From: an uncultured Clostridiaceae bacterium
GTDB lineage: Bacteria; Bacillota; Clostridia; TANB77; CAG-508
DNA: 64,000 nt
Direction: 5' to 3'
Assembly: GCA_947647275.1 (NCBI GenBank)
Contig: CANSJQ010000002.1
Span: 5,795-69,794, forward strand
The notes under the pieces are model-generated. The model was not told where the DNA came from and ran no database searches. It was given only the letters and a program-made list of their open reading frames with translations. Within the stretch, counting starts at the first letter, position 1; each line of letters opens with the position of its first letter. A program made the position numbers and the translations under genes. Positions 42,432 to 51,551 of this stretch are shown here, piece after piece.

Positions 42432-43193
42432 ATGTTAAGTTTTGTATTATGTGATGATAATCAATCTATTTTGGATAGGTTATCTAAAATTTTGGATTCT
42501 ATTTTTTTAGAAAATAATATTTACGCAGAAATAGTATTTACTGCTAATAAACCAGAAGAGCTATTAAATTATATTAAGTCAAATAATGTAGATGTTTTAT
42601 TTTTAGATATTGATTTAAAATCAAATATTTCTGGAATTGACTTAGCTACTAAAATAAGAGAATTTAATAAAGATGTTTATATAATTTTTACAAGTGCTCA
42701 TTTAGAATATATCTTAATTGCCTATAAATGTAAAACTTTTGATTTTATTCCCAAACCCATTTCAAAAGAACGTGTGGAAGAAACAATACTTAGACTTATG
42801 GATGACATAAATAGTGATGGTAATACTACATCTTTTATACGAATTGACAGTAAAAACACAATAATTAATCAAGATAGTATTAACTTTATCAAAAAGGATG
42901 GTATGAAATTAGTCTTTTACACAGACACAAGAATCTATGAAGCTTATAATTCTTTTAATAAAATTTCTAATGAATTACCAAAAAACTTTGTCAGATGTCA
43001 TAAATCATACATTGCTAATGTTAATAAAATTAGTAATATAAACTCCAATAACAATTTAATTATTTTTAATACAAAGAATAATTATAATGAAATTAAATGT
43101 AATATTGGACCAAAATATAAAAATAATTTAATGGAGGTTTTAAAAAATGGAAATTTTTCAGACAATTTGGGCAGATTTAACAACGGAGAATGA
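42432..43193 (+). CDS. LytTR-family response regulator (AgrA-like)
   Basis: Receiver domain (LCDDN..., DVLFLDIDL) plus C-terminal LytTR DNA-binding domain. ATG at 42432 with a GGAGGA RBS; the ORF-track start at 42378 is less likely. Confidence 0.8.
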   Translation: MLSFVLCDDNQSILDRLSKILDSIFLENNIYAEIVFTANKPEELLNYIKSNNVDVLFLDIDLKSNISGIDLATKIREFNKDVYIIFTSAHLEYILIAYKCKTFDFIPKPISKERVEETILRLMDDINSDGNTTSFIRIDSKNTIINQDSINFIKKDGMKLVFYTDTRIYEAYNSFNKISNELPKNFVRCHKSYIANVNKISNINSNNNLIIFNTKNNYNEIKCNIGPKYKNNLMEVLKNGNFSDNLGRFNNGE

Positions 43194-44493
43194 GGTGTTA
43201 ACTACACTCATAGGAATTCCTTTTGTATTTTTGGAAGGTTTTATCTCTATGCTTTTATTTACGACATTACTAAATGTTAAAGCAAATAAAAATCAAAAAA
43301 TATTATATGTTGTTATTGCTTCTATATTTAGTATTTTTAGTAGCATGATACTTTCTAATCCATTTAATACTTTTGCTAATATGGTTGTAGTATTTTTATC
43401 AATACTTCTAATCTTTAAAACTAATATTTTAAAAGCATTTATATGTTTATTTTTTCCAACTATTATTGCTGCTCTTGTTGAAACAGTTATAGGTAATTTA
43501 TATCCTTTAATATTTGGAATTAATTACTGTTCTGCTTTTAATATTCCTTTTCATAGAATTTTTGCAACAAGCACAGTATATTTTATTATGTTTTTGATAT
43601 ATTTATTAGTAAAATACTTAAAGTTGAATATATCTAAACTTCAAATTTTAGATAGAAAAAGGAAAATATTATTAATTTTAAATATTATATTTGGAATCAT
43701 ACTAATATGTATGCAATTATATATAATTACTTTTTATGTTTCTAATTTGCCATTTTTTATCGCAATATTAAGCATTATTAGTCTATTTTTATATTTTTCT
43801 ATAAGCTTATATACAACGTTTACTTCTTCAAAATTAGAAACTACTTATATTAGCTTAGAAGAAGCTCAGTTATATAATAAAACTTTAGAAATACTACAAG
43901 ATAATACAAGAGCATTTAGACACGACTTTACTAATATATTGTTAGGCATGACTGGATATATGGATAATAATGACATGGAAGGTTTAAAGAAATATCATAG
44001 TCAATTACTTGATGATATTAAACAAGTTAATAACTTAACAACTCTTAGCCCTACATTAGTTAATAATCCAGCAATATATAATATACTTGCTTCAAAATAT
44101 CATAAAGCTGATAATTTAGGTATTAAAATTAATTTAGAAGTATTTTTAGATTTAAATGATTTACATATGAAAATTTATGAATTTACTAGAATATTAGGTA
44201 TACTTATGGATAATGCTATTGAAGCAACCTCTGAGTGTGAAGATAAAATAATTAATGTATCTATTAGAAAAAATAACAGAAAACATATGCAATTATTGCA
44301 AATAGAAAATACATATAAGGATAAAGAAATTGATACTGAAAAGATCTACGAAAAAGGTTATTCTACAAAGAAAGGAAATACTGGACTTGGATTATGGGAG
44401 GTAAGGCAAATTTTAAAGAAAAATAACAATTTAAATTTGTATACTTCTAAAGATGAAACATATTTTTCTCAACAATTAGAAATATATTATTAA
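43147..44493 (+). CDS. AgrC-like sensor histidine kinase (6-7 TM + HATPase_c, HPK10 type)
   Basis: Polytopic N-terminus, FRHDFTNIL H-box, G-box GLGLW; GGAGG RBS. Confidence 0.75.
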   Translation: MEIFQTIWADLTTENEVLTTLIGIPFVFLEGFISMLLFTTLLNVKANKNQKILYVVIASIFSIFSSMILSNPFNTFANMVVVFLSILLIFKTNILKAFICLFFPTIIAALVETVIGNLYPLIFGINYCSAFNIPFHRIFATSTVYFIMFLIYLLVKYLKLNISKLQILDRKRKILLILNIIFGIILICMQLYIITFYVSNLPFFIAILSIISLFLYFSISLYTTFTSSKLETTYISLEEAQLYNKTLEILQDNTRAFRHDFTNILLGMTGYMDNNDMEGLKKYHSQLLDDIKQVNNLTTLSPTLVNNPAIYNILASKYHKADNLGIKINLEVFLDLNDLHMKIYEFTRILGILMDNAIEATSECEDKIINVSIRKNNRKHMQLLQIENTYKDKEIDTEKIYEKGYSTKKGNTGLGLWEVRQILKKNNNLNLYTSKDETYFSQQLEIYY

Positions 44494-44540
44494 AAAATTA
44501 AACAAGATAGACTATGCTATCTTGTTTTTATTTTTACTTT
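44494..44540. terminator. bidirectional terminator (aacaagatag-actatg-ctatcttgtt flanked by A/T runs) between convergent agrC-like and agrD
   Basis: Perfect 10-bp stem. Confidence 0.6.
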
Positions 44541-44544
44541 ACTA

Positions 44545-44664
44545 TTAATCTTTTTTTATTAAAGATGCAGGCATTTTTGGTTGATGCATTACACCAAATA
44601 TCCAACAAGCTGTGTTTGTAGATTTAGCATATTTCTCTGCTATTTTTGCTAATAATTTTATCAT
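44545..44664 (-). CDS. agrD: AgrD-type autoinducing-peptide precursor (39 aa): MIKLLAKIAEKYAKSTNTACWIFGVMHQPKMPASLIKKD
   Basis: Strong RBS AAGGAGGA. Sits immediately downstream of agrB. Amphipathic leader, single Cys for thiolactone (CWIFGV), clostridial-type HQP recognition tail. Absent from the ORF track. Confidence 0.75.
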   Translation of the reverse strand: MIKLLAKIAEKYAKSTNTACWIFGVMHQPKMPASLIKKD

Positions 44665-44722
44665 AACAATTTCCTCCTTAGTTTAATATATATCAAAGTA
44701 TCGCCGGCCAATACTTTAATTT

Positions 44723-45370
44723 TTATATTGAGCTACTTTCTTGAGCTTTTAAATATTCTTGATATCCATATTTATTTTTTGTTAATTTGTATGCTACGCT
44801 TGTAATAGAAATACTTTGTATTGCTGTCCCAAATATTAATAAATTTGCAATTATTTTATTTGGTATAAATATTGCTCCTAACATATTTATACTTAAAAAA
44901 ACATATGATAATATCTTTTTTACTCTTCTTTCCTTTTTTGTTAATATTGGTAAATTTTCTGTATCTGCTGGTGCATATATACTTACTAATATTATTCCAA
45001 TTATCCAAATAGATATAATAGTAATTATCTTCACCAAGTCATTTTGGAATGTGTACATTGTACTTAATATCGCATTTCCACAATAAACAATATTTGTACA
45101 AATAAAACATCCCAAATGTGTTTTTAAATGAAAGCCTCCACTACACACTTTGTATGGTAGTATTAGAAAAAATGCAAATATTGTTTGCCACCATAAACCT
45201 AGTATAAGTCCAATAGAAAACATTAAAAATATTTTAGGTACTTCACCTATTATCAGCTGCATTCCATACATTATCACTTCTGCTCTTTCATCATCTATTT
45301 CTGGCATGCTTTTTCTTATCTTATTTGTTAAATACTCACAAAATTTATCTATCATGTATTCACATCTCAT
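44723..45370 (-). CDS. agrB: AgrB (AIP-processing membrane peptidase)
   Basis: 215 aa, polytopic; catalytic region ...ILPYKVCSGGFHLKTHLGCFICT... matches the AgrB His/Cys motif. Confidence 0.8.
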   Translation of the reverse strand: MRCEYMIDKFCEYLTNKIRKSMPEIDDERAEVIMYGMQLIIGEVPKIFLMFSIGLILGLWWQTIFAFFLILPYKVCSGGFHLKTHLGCFICTNIVYCGNAILSTMYTFQNDLVKIITIISIWIIGIILVSIYAPADTENLPILTKKERRVKKILSYVFLSINMLGAIFIPNKIIANLLIFGTAIQSISITSVAYKLTKNKYGYQEYLKAQESSSI

Positions 45371-45510
45371 TTCTATTAACTTTCTGCTATAATAATATCT
45401 TGTTTTTATTAATATTTATATTTTTATTTATGATAAACCTAAAAACATATATGAAAATATAAAAATATATTTTCATATATGTTTTTTATAGTTTTATAAA
45501 ATATACATAA

Positions 45511-46200
45511 TTAAATTTCTTGTATTCCTTCTAATATCTTCCATGTTCCGTTAATTTTAGGAAGTACTTTAAATGTCATTCTTTCTTTTGTAGTTGGATG
45601 TATAAACTTAAGTTCATATGCCCATAAAGCTATTTGTTTTCCATGCCCTCTTCCTCCATATTTTTGATCTCCATATATACTATGTTTTCTACTAGATAAT
45701 TGTACTCTTATTTGGTGATGCCTTCCTGTATGCAAATATATTTTTAATACAGATAAATCTATTTCACTATTATATTTTAATACTTCATACTCTAAATTAG
45801 CTAATTTTGAATTTTTAGTGCCTTCTTTTACAACTCTGCTCATATTAACTTTTTCATTTTTTAAAAGATAATCTTGTAATGTTCCTCTTTGTTCTTCCAT
45901 TCTTCCATTTATAACTACTATATATTTCTTTTTAAACTCTTTAGTTCTTACTTGCTCACTAAGTCTGGATGCTGCTTTAGAAGTTTTGGCAAATACCATC
46001 ACTCCTCCAACTGGCCTATCTAACCTGTGAACTAATCCTAGGTATACATCTCCAGGTTTATTATATTTTTCTTTTATATATTGCTTTATTAATGTAAGCA
46101 TATCAATATCACCTGTTTTATCTCCCTGAGATGGAATATTTACAGGCTTTTCTACTACAATAATATGATTATCTTCATAAATTATATTAAACTTTTCCAT
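45511..46200 (-). CDS. RluA-family pseudouridine synthase
   Basis: Catalytic HRLDRPVGG motif. Start at the second Met (46200), which has a GGAGA RBS. Confidence 0.75.
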   Translation of the reverse strand: MEKFNIIYEDNHIIVVEKPVNIPSQGDKTGDIDMLTLIKQYIKEKYNKPGDVYLGLVHRLDRPVGGVMVFAKTSKAASRLSEQVRTKEFKKKYIVVINGRMEEQRGTLQDYLLKNEKVNMSRVVKEGTKNSKLANLEYEVLKYNSEIDLSVLKIYLHTGRHHQIRVQLSSRKHSIYGDQKYGGRGHGKQIALWAYELKFIHPTTKERMTFKVLPKINGTWKILEGIQEI

Positions 46201-46321
46201 TTTATTCTCCATTTTCTATCAAAAAGAATAGTATTTACGCCTATATTGAAAATATTTATAATTAATATGTTGTGAACTTCAAAAGGAGTGTACCTTTTTG
46301 TAATTTTTTAAGGCATACCTT

Positions 46322-47188
46322 TTAGTTGTTTTCCCAACGTCCAAATATTCCGCATGGTAAAATTAATTTTGAGTTCGTCATTGGCAAACCTATTTCTCCA
46401 CTTGTTACTTTTCCATTATATCTTTTTGTTATATTTAGGTTTAGTATGTTTTCTAGTACTGTACTAGATATTCCTGTTGTGTATGAATTTATTAAAAAAA
46501 ACAATGGATTATCTGATAATACTTTAGAACAAAGTTCTACTAAATCACATATATTATCTTCAAATTTCCAAACTTCTCCATTTGTTCCTCTTCCATATGA
46601 AGGTGGATCCATTATTATGGCATCATATTTGTTTCCTCTTCTTATTTCTCTATTTACAAATTTTACTACATCATCTACTATGTATCTTACTGGTCTGTCT
46701 TGTAAACCTGAAGAGGTTATATTCTCTTTTGCCCAAGCTACCATTCCTTTTGAGCTATCTACATGGCATACACTTGCTCCTGCTGAGCTACAAGCTACTG
46801 TTGCTCCTCCTGTATATGCAAATAAATTTAATACTTTTATTTCTCTTTTTGAATTTTTTATTTTTTCTATCATCCAATCCCAGTTTGCAGCTTGCTCTGG
46901 AAATAAACCTGTATGTTTAAATCCCATCGGCTTTATATTAAATATTAAGCTTTTATAATTTACTTGCCAGTTATGTGGTACTTTCTTTTTGTATTCCCAA
47001 CTTCCTCCACCTGTACTACTTCTGTTATATTTTGCATTAATATCATTCCATTTTTTAGGGAAACTTTTACTTTTCCATATTATTTGTGGGTCTGGCCTTA
47101 CTAAAATGATATCTTTCCACCTTTCTAGTTTTTCCCCATTTGCCATATCTATTATTTCATAATCTTTCCAATTATTCGCTATTATCAT
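46322..47188 (-). CDS. class I SAM-dependent (rRNA) methyltransferase, RlmI/RlmK-core-like
   Basis: SAM-binding LNLFAYTGG..., DPPSYG catalytic motif; AAAGGAGAAAG RBS. Confidence 0.65.
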   Translation of the reverse strand: MIIANNWKDYEIIDMANGEKLERWKDIILVRPDPQIIWKSKSFPKKWNDINAKYNRSSTGGGSWEYKKKVPHNWQVNYKSLIFNIKPMGFKHTGLFPEQAANWDWMIEKIKNSKREIKVLNLFAYTGGATVACSSAGASVCHVDSSKGMVAWAKENITSSGLQDRPVRYIVDDVVKFVNREIRRGNKYDAIIMDPPSYGRGTNGEVWKFEDNICDLVELCSKVLSDNPLFFLINSYTTGISSTVLENILNLNITKRYNGKVTSGEIGLPMTNSKLILPCGIFGRWENN

Positions 47189-47343
47189 ATCTTTCTCCTT
47201 TTATTTTCTGTACATTATTATAACAAATTATTTTCTATATTTCAACTTTGTATGTTAATCAATAAAAAATTGTAGAGTGTATAAGTTAAATTCTCATATA
47301 CTCTACAATTTTAATTAAAATTTATTTAGTTATAAATTTAATT

Positions 47344-47544
47344 TTATAAAGTTATTAATAAATTTATAAAATTAGATACCATACATAAATCAACAACGAT
47401 TAATATTGTTGTTAGTGCTAAAACATTTATAATGAATTTATTACCTTTGTATATTTGCAACAGTTTTTTTATTGCTTTCTTTCCTTTAAAACCTATTTTC
47501 TTTCCATATTGTACATTTAAAACAATATCTTTTGTGTATTCCAT
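47344..47544 (-). CDS. small membrane protein (66 aa), hypothetical
   Basis: AGGGGGA RBS 7 nt upstream; C-terminal TM helix. Confidence 0.4.
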   Translation of the reverse strand: MEYTKDIVLNVQYGKKIGFKGKKAIKKLLQIYKGNKFIINVLALTTILIVVDLCMVSNFINLLITL

Positions 47545-47818
47545 AAAAAAATCCCCCTAAAAATTTATTCTCATTAAATATATATTCCTATATATAATAT
47601 TTTATGAAATAAATCGTATACAAAATTATTGCATATTTTCTCATATTTAGATAACATTTATTATTATTATATAAAAGGTTACAATAGAACTGTTTTTTTG
47701 ATAATTTTATTATTTATAAGAATACTCTTTAGAAATACAAAAATATATAGTGATTGTACCAAGTGATAATTTTATCGTCAAAAAGCTCTGTCTTTATTGA
47801 CTTTTTTCTTCATAAATA

Positions 47819-48090
47819 TTGACATATTTGTATATAATATATATAATATATATAATATAAAGTAATTTTTATGCTATGAAGATGAAAGTTTATTATAAGT
47901 TCCTAAACAGAGAATAAAGGTGAATGCGCTGAGAGCCTTTTTAGAAGAATGTAATAAATGAAACACATTGGAGCAATTTTTTAAAGTGGAAAGTAATGTT
48001 TTTTAACATTTATCTTTCAAGTTAGGGTGGCACCGCGGAAATTATTTCGTCCCTGCATTTATGCAGTTGGACGATTTTTTGATTGTAATG
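47819..48090 (+). promoter_or_regulatory. sigma-A promoter (-35 TTGACA 47819-47824, -10 TATAAT 47842-47847) plus T-box riboswitch leader of aspS
   Basis: Conserved T-box sequence aGGGTGGcACCGCGg at 48024-48037, followed by a terminator hairpin (cgtccctgcatttatgcagttggacg + tttttt) at 48048-48086. Specifier codon not identified. Confidence 0.7.
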
Positions 48091-48336
48091 AGAAAATACT
48101 TTTATTATATAGGTAAACTAGCTTGTTACCTAGTAGTACTTAAATTGTATTTTTTCTACATCAAAAAGTTCGTCTTATTCTGCTATTTGCAAAATTAGAA
48201 AAAGTCTAATTTTGTTTGAAGTCTAAAACTTAGAAATCCAAGGTTGTGCACACTTAATTTTTTATTATATATTATTAAATCTTCCAACCTCACAACTTCT
48301 AACTTTTAGATTTCTAATAGGAAAGGAGTGTTTTTT

Positions 48337-50085
48337 ATGAGTATTTATAGAACTCATACATGTGATGAAATTAGTTTGGACGATGTTGGCAAAAAGGTTA
48401 AAATATCTGGCTTTGTTCAAACCATTAGGGATTTTGGAGGTTTGGTTTTTTTAGACATTAGAGATATGTATGGAATTACACAAGTTGTAACTTCAGCTGA
48501 TAAATCGGATGTGGATTTTGCCTCACATATTCCAGTAGAATCTACTATTAGTGTAGAAGGTATTGTTAGAAAAAGAGCCCCTGAAACAGTAAACGAAAAA
48601 ATTAAAACTGGTTTAGTTGAAATTGCAATCGAAAATATTGAAGTTTTAGGGAAAAGAACTAAAAATTTACCTTTCGAGATCAATTCAAATGTAGATGTAA
48701 GAGAAGATTTAAGACTTCAATATAGATTTTTAGATTTAAGAAATGATAAATTAAAAAATAATATTATTTTAAGAGCTAAAATTCTTCAGTATTTAAGAAG
48801 CCAAATGATTGAACAAGGATTTTTAGAAGTACAAACTCCTATACTTACTAGTTCTTCACCAGAAGGAGCTAGAGATTATTTAGTGCCAAGCAGATTACAC
48901 CCTGGTAAATTTTATGCTCTTCCCCAAGCACCACAACAATTCAAACAATTACTTATGGTTTCTGGAATTGACAAATATTTTCAAATTGCACCATGTTTTA
49001 GGGATGAAGACGCAAGAGCAGATAGAGCTCCTGGTGAATTTTATCAATTAGATATGGAAATGAGCTTTGCTAATCAAGAAGATGTATTTAAAGCTATAGA
49101 GCCTGTAATTTATAATACTTTTACTAAATTTTCTAGTAAACAAGTAGCCCAATATCCATTCCCTTGTATTCCATATAAAGAAGCAATTCTTAAATATGGT
49201 AGTGATAAACCTGATTTAAGAAACCCACTAATTATTATAGATTTATCAGAATTCTTTAATAAATGTACTTTTAAGCCATTTATAGGAAGAACTGTAAGAG
49301 CAATTAAAGTTTCTGGTCATATGAGTAAAGGTTTCCATGAAAAAATGCTTGAGTTTGCTACTTCAATTGGTATGGGTGGCCTTGGATATTTGGAAGTGCA
49401 AGAAGATTTGACTTTTAAAGGTCCTATTGATAAGTTTATACCAAATGAATTAAAAGGTAAGTTATTAAGTTTAGCAGATTTACAAAAAGATGATACTATT
49501 TTCTTTATAGCTGATAATGAAAAACGTGCTGTCGAACTTTCTGGTCAAATTAGGACAGAACTTGGAAAGCGTTTAAATTTAATTGATACAAGTATGTTTA
49601 AATTTTGTTGGATAGTAGATTTTCCAATGTACGAATTAGATGAAAGAAATAAAATTGCATTTAACCATAACCCATTTTCTATGCCACAAGGAGGGATGGA
49701 AGCGTTAACCACAAAAAATCCATTAGATATTCTTGCCTATCAATATGATATAGTATGTAATGGAATTGAACTTTCTTCTGGCGCTGTAAGAAATCATGAC
49801 CCAGAAATTATGATTAAAGCATTTGAACTTGCAGGATACAGTAAAGAACATATTGAAGAAAAATTCCCTGCATTATTTAATGCATTCCAATTTGGAGCAC
49901 CACCACATGCAGGTATTGCACCTGGTGTTGATAGAATGATTATGCTTTTAACTGAAAGTGAAACAATACGTGACGTTATAGCATTCCCTATGAATAGTAA
50001 GGCTCAAGACTTAATGATGGGAGCCCCTGGAAATGTTAGTAAAGAACAATTAAGAGATGTTCATGTTAGATTAGATATTAAATAG
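48337..50085 (+). CDS. aspS: aspartate--tRNA ligase
   Basis: Class II aaRS motifs, bacterial-type; ATG at 48337 with an AGGAG RBS. The GTG at 48328 overlaps the RBS. Confidence 0.9.
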   Translation: MSIYRTHTCDEISLDDVGKKVKISGFVQTIRDFGGLVFLDIRDMYGITQVVTSADKSDVDFASHIPVESTISVEGIVRKRAPETVNEKIKTGLVEIAIENIEVLGKRTKNLPFEINSNVDVREDLRLQYRFLDLRNDKLKNNIILRAKILQYLRSQMIEQGFLEVQTPILTSSSPEGARDYLVPSRLHPGKFYALPQAPQQFKQLLMVSGIDKYFQIAPCFRDEDARADRAPGEFYQLDMEMSFANQEDVFKAIEPVIYNTFTKFSSKQVAQYPFPCIPYKEAILKYGSDKPDLRNPLIIIDLSEFFNKCTFKPFIGRTVRAIKVSGHMSKGFHEKMLEFATSIGMGGLGYLEVQEDLTFKGPIDKFIPNELKGKLLSLADLQKDDTIFFIADNEKRAVELSGQIRTELGKRLNLIDTSMFKFCWIVDFPMYELDERNKIAFNHNPFSMPQGGMEALTTKNPLDILAYQYDIVCNGIELSSGAVRNHDPEIMIKAFELAGYSKEHIEEKFPALFNAFQFGAPPHAGIAPGVDRMIMLLTESETIRDVIAFPMNSKAQDLMMGAPGNVSKEQLRDVHVRLDIK

Positions 50086-50126
50086 AAAAAACAAAGATCC
50101 GCAAGTTTGCGGATCTTTGTTTTCGA
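50086..50126. terminator. bidirectional terminator acaaagatccgcaa-gtt-tgcggatctttgt
   Basis: 14-bp stem between convergent aspS and vanW-like. Confidence 0.6.
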
Positions 50127-50127
50127 T

Positions 50128-50931
50128 TTAATATAATACTTTGTATGCTACTACTACAACACGAGAGTCTTCGGTATAAGCCTCAAGCATAATTGTATAG
50201 TCTTTAGTGTTTGTAAACACAAAATTCTTGCTAGGATAGCTTACGGTTGCATCCATCCCCTCTTCTACATATGAAGATGTTAAAGAGTGATGATGATGTT
50301 CTGTTGGCTCTATACCTATTTTGTAAATACAGTTATATAATGCTGTACTTACCTGACAAACACCTCCTCCGTAACCAGTTGTAGATTTCTTGTTAGCAAT
50401 AACTGGTGCTTTTTTGTAGCCATTTGCCTTACTTGCGCATCCTACTACACCTTTGGAGTTTTCAGTAGAATACCATGCAAATTCATCGCTTGGCTGTAGT
50501 GTAACTCCATTAACAAAATTTGCAGCTCGCCTCATATTGAAATTTCTGTTTTCTGAGCTTCCATCTGTCTTGGTTATCACTGCCGCTGAGAGTATTTCGT
50601 ACCTGTCTCCTTCTGAAAATGCTATACCTAAATATTCACTGCTTACAAAGCCTACTGTTCCTTCATCAGTTTCTACTTTTGTCCAACCGTCTTCTCCAAA
50701 CTCAACAATTGTTACGATCTCGCCAGGTGCAAGTTTTTCAAGGACGATGCTTTCATCGTATGCATCTCCCCTTACATTTAAGTAAGTGTTAACCTTGGCA
50801 TATCCCTTTTGAGGAACATTGTCTACCTCTGATGCTTTTACATCCATCCGTGTTAAAACCGGAAGTATGCAAAGGCAAAGAAGCAGTGCTAAAACTTTTG
50901 TACCATTGTGATTTCTTTTCCGAGTATTCAT
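50128..50931 (-). CDS. SH3b + VanW-domain secreted protein
   Basis: Signal peptide, SH3_3-like segment, VanW signature GGGVCQVSTALYN. Local GC is noticeably higher than the flanks. Confidence 0.65.
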   Translation of the reverse strand: MNTRKRNHNGTKVLALLLCLCILPVLTRMDVKASEVDNVPQKGYAKVNTYLNVRGDAYDESIVLEKLAPGEIVTIVEFGEDGWTKVETDEGTVGFVSSEYLGIAFSEGDRYEILSAAVITKTDGSSENRNFNMRRAANFVNGVTLQPSDEFAWYSTENSKGVVGCASKANGYKKAPVIANKKSTTGYGGGVCQVSTALYNCIYKIGIEPTEHHHHSLTSSYVEEGMDATVSYPSKNFVFTNTKDYTIMLEAYTEDSRVVVVAYKVLY

Positions 50932-51212
50932 TTGAATATCCTCCTTTTTAATATCAAATATTTTTTGTTACTTCTTTATTATACCACTTTATTAAATCAA
51001 AAGCAATGTTTTACATAAAATATATTGCTTTAATCCATATACTTGTAAGTTATACGTCCCATAATTCTCTCTTGTTTTTATTACACTCCCTTTTTTGACA
51101 TATATTATTTGACTTCTTTGATACTAAATCACTCAGTGTTCTCCTTAAAGATACACTCCTCTGGATTTTTTAGACTATATAAAATATATCTAAAATGAAG
51201 TATCGAAGTGAG

Positions 51213-51360
51213 ACTAACACCACACGGAAACTATTGTTGCTGTTAACATATCCTGTGTTGTTGTTGAAAGCAAAACTACTTGTATTCGTGCCATTGTTGT
51301 AATTATCGACCTCGTTTGAAAACTGGGTTAGATGAGTTTACAAAGTTAGAGTAGTAACAG
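51213..51360 (-). repeat. degenerate duplicate (~75% identity) of the last ~150 nt of the FGE-domain gene (compare 51552-51700)
   Basis: Revcomp aligns: ...aacccagttttcaaacgaggtcgataattacaac... versus ...aacccagttttcatacgtggtcggtttttactac.... Both would end in ...SFRVVL(I/V). Confidence 0.6.
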
Positions 51361-51551
51361 TTTAATCCTCAATATATATCATTTTCGCAAATTAATTATG
51401 AAAGATATAGCTACATTTCATACACTCACGCATGTATTGTATGATGCTTTTGCATGGGCATTCTAATAACACATATGTCCTAGTCTAGTTTGCCCATGCC
51501 TCTATATTTTTTACAATTTTCTTATCAAGTATCAAGAAATAAAGTCACTTA

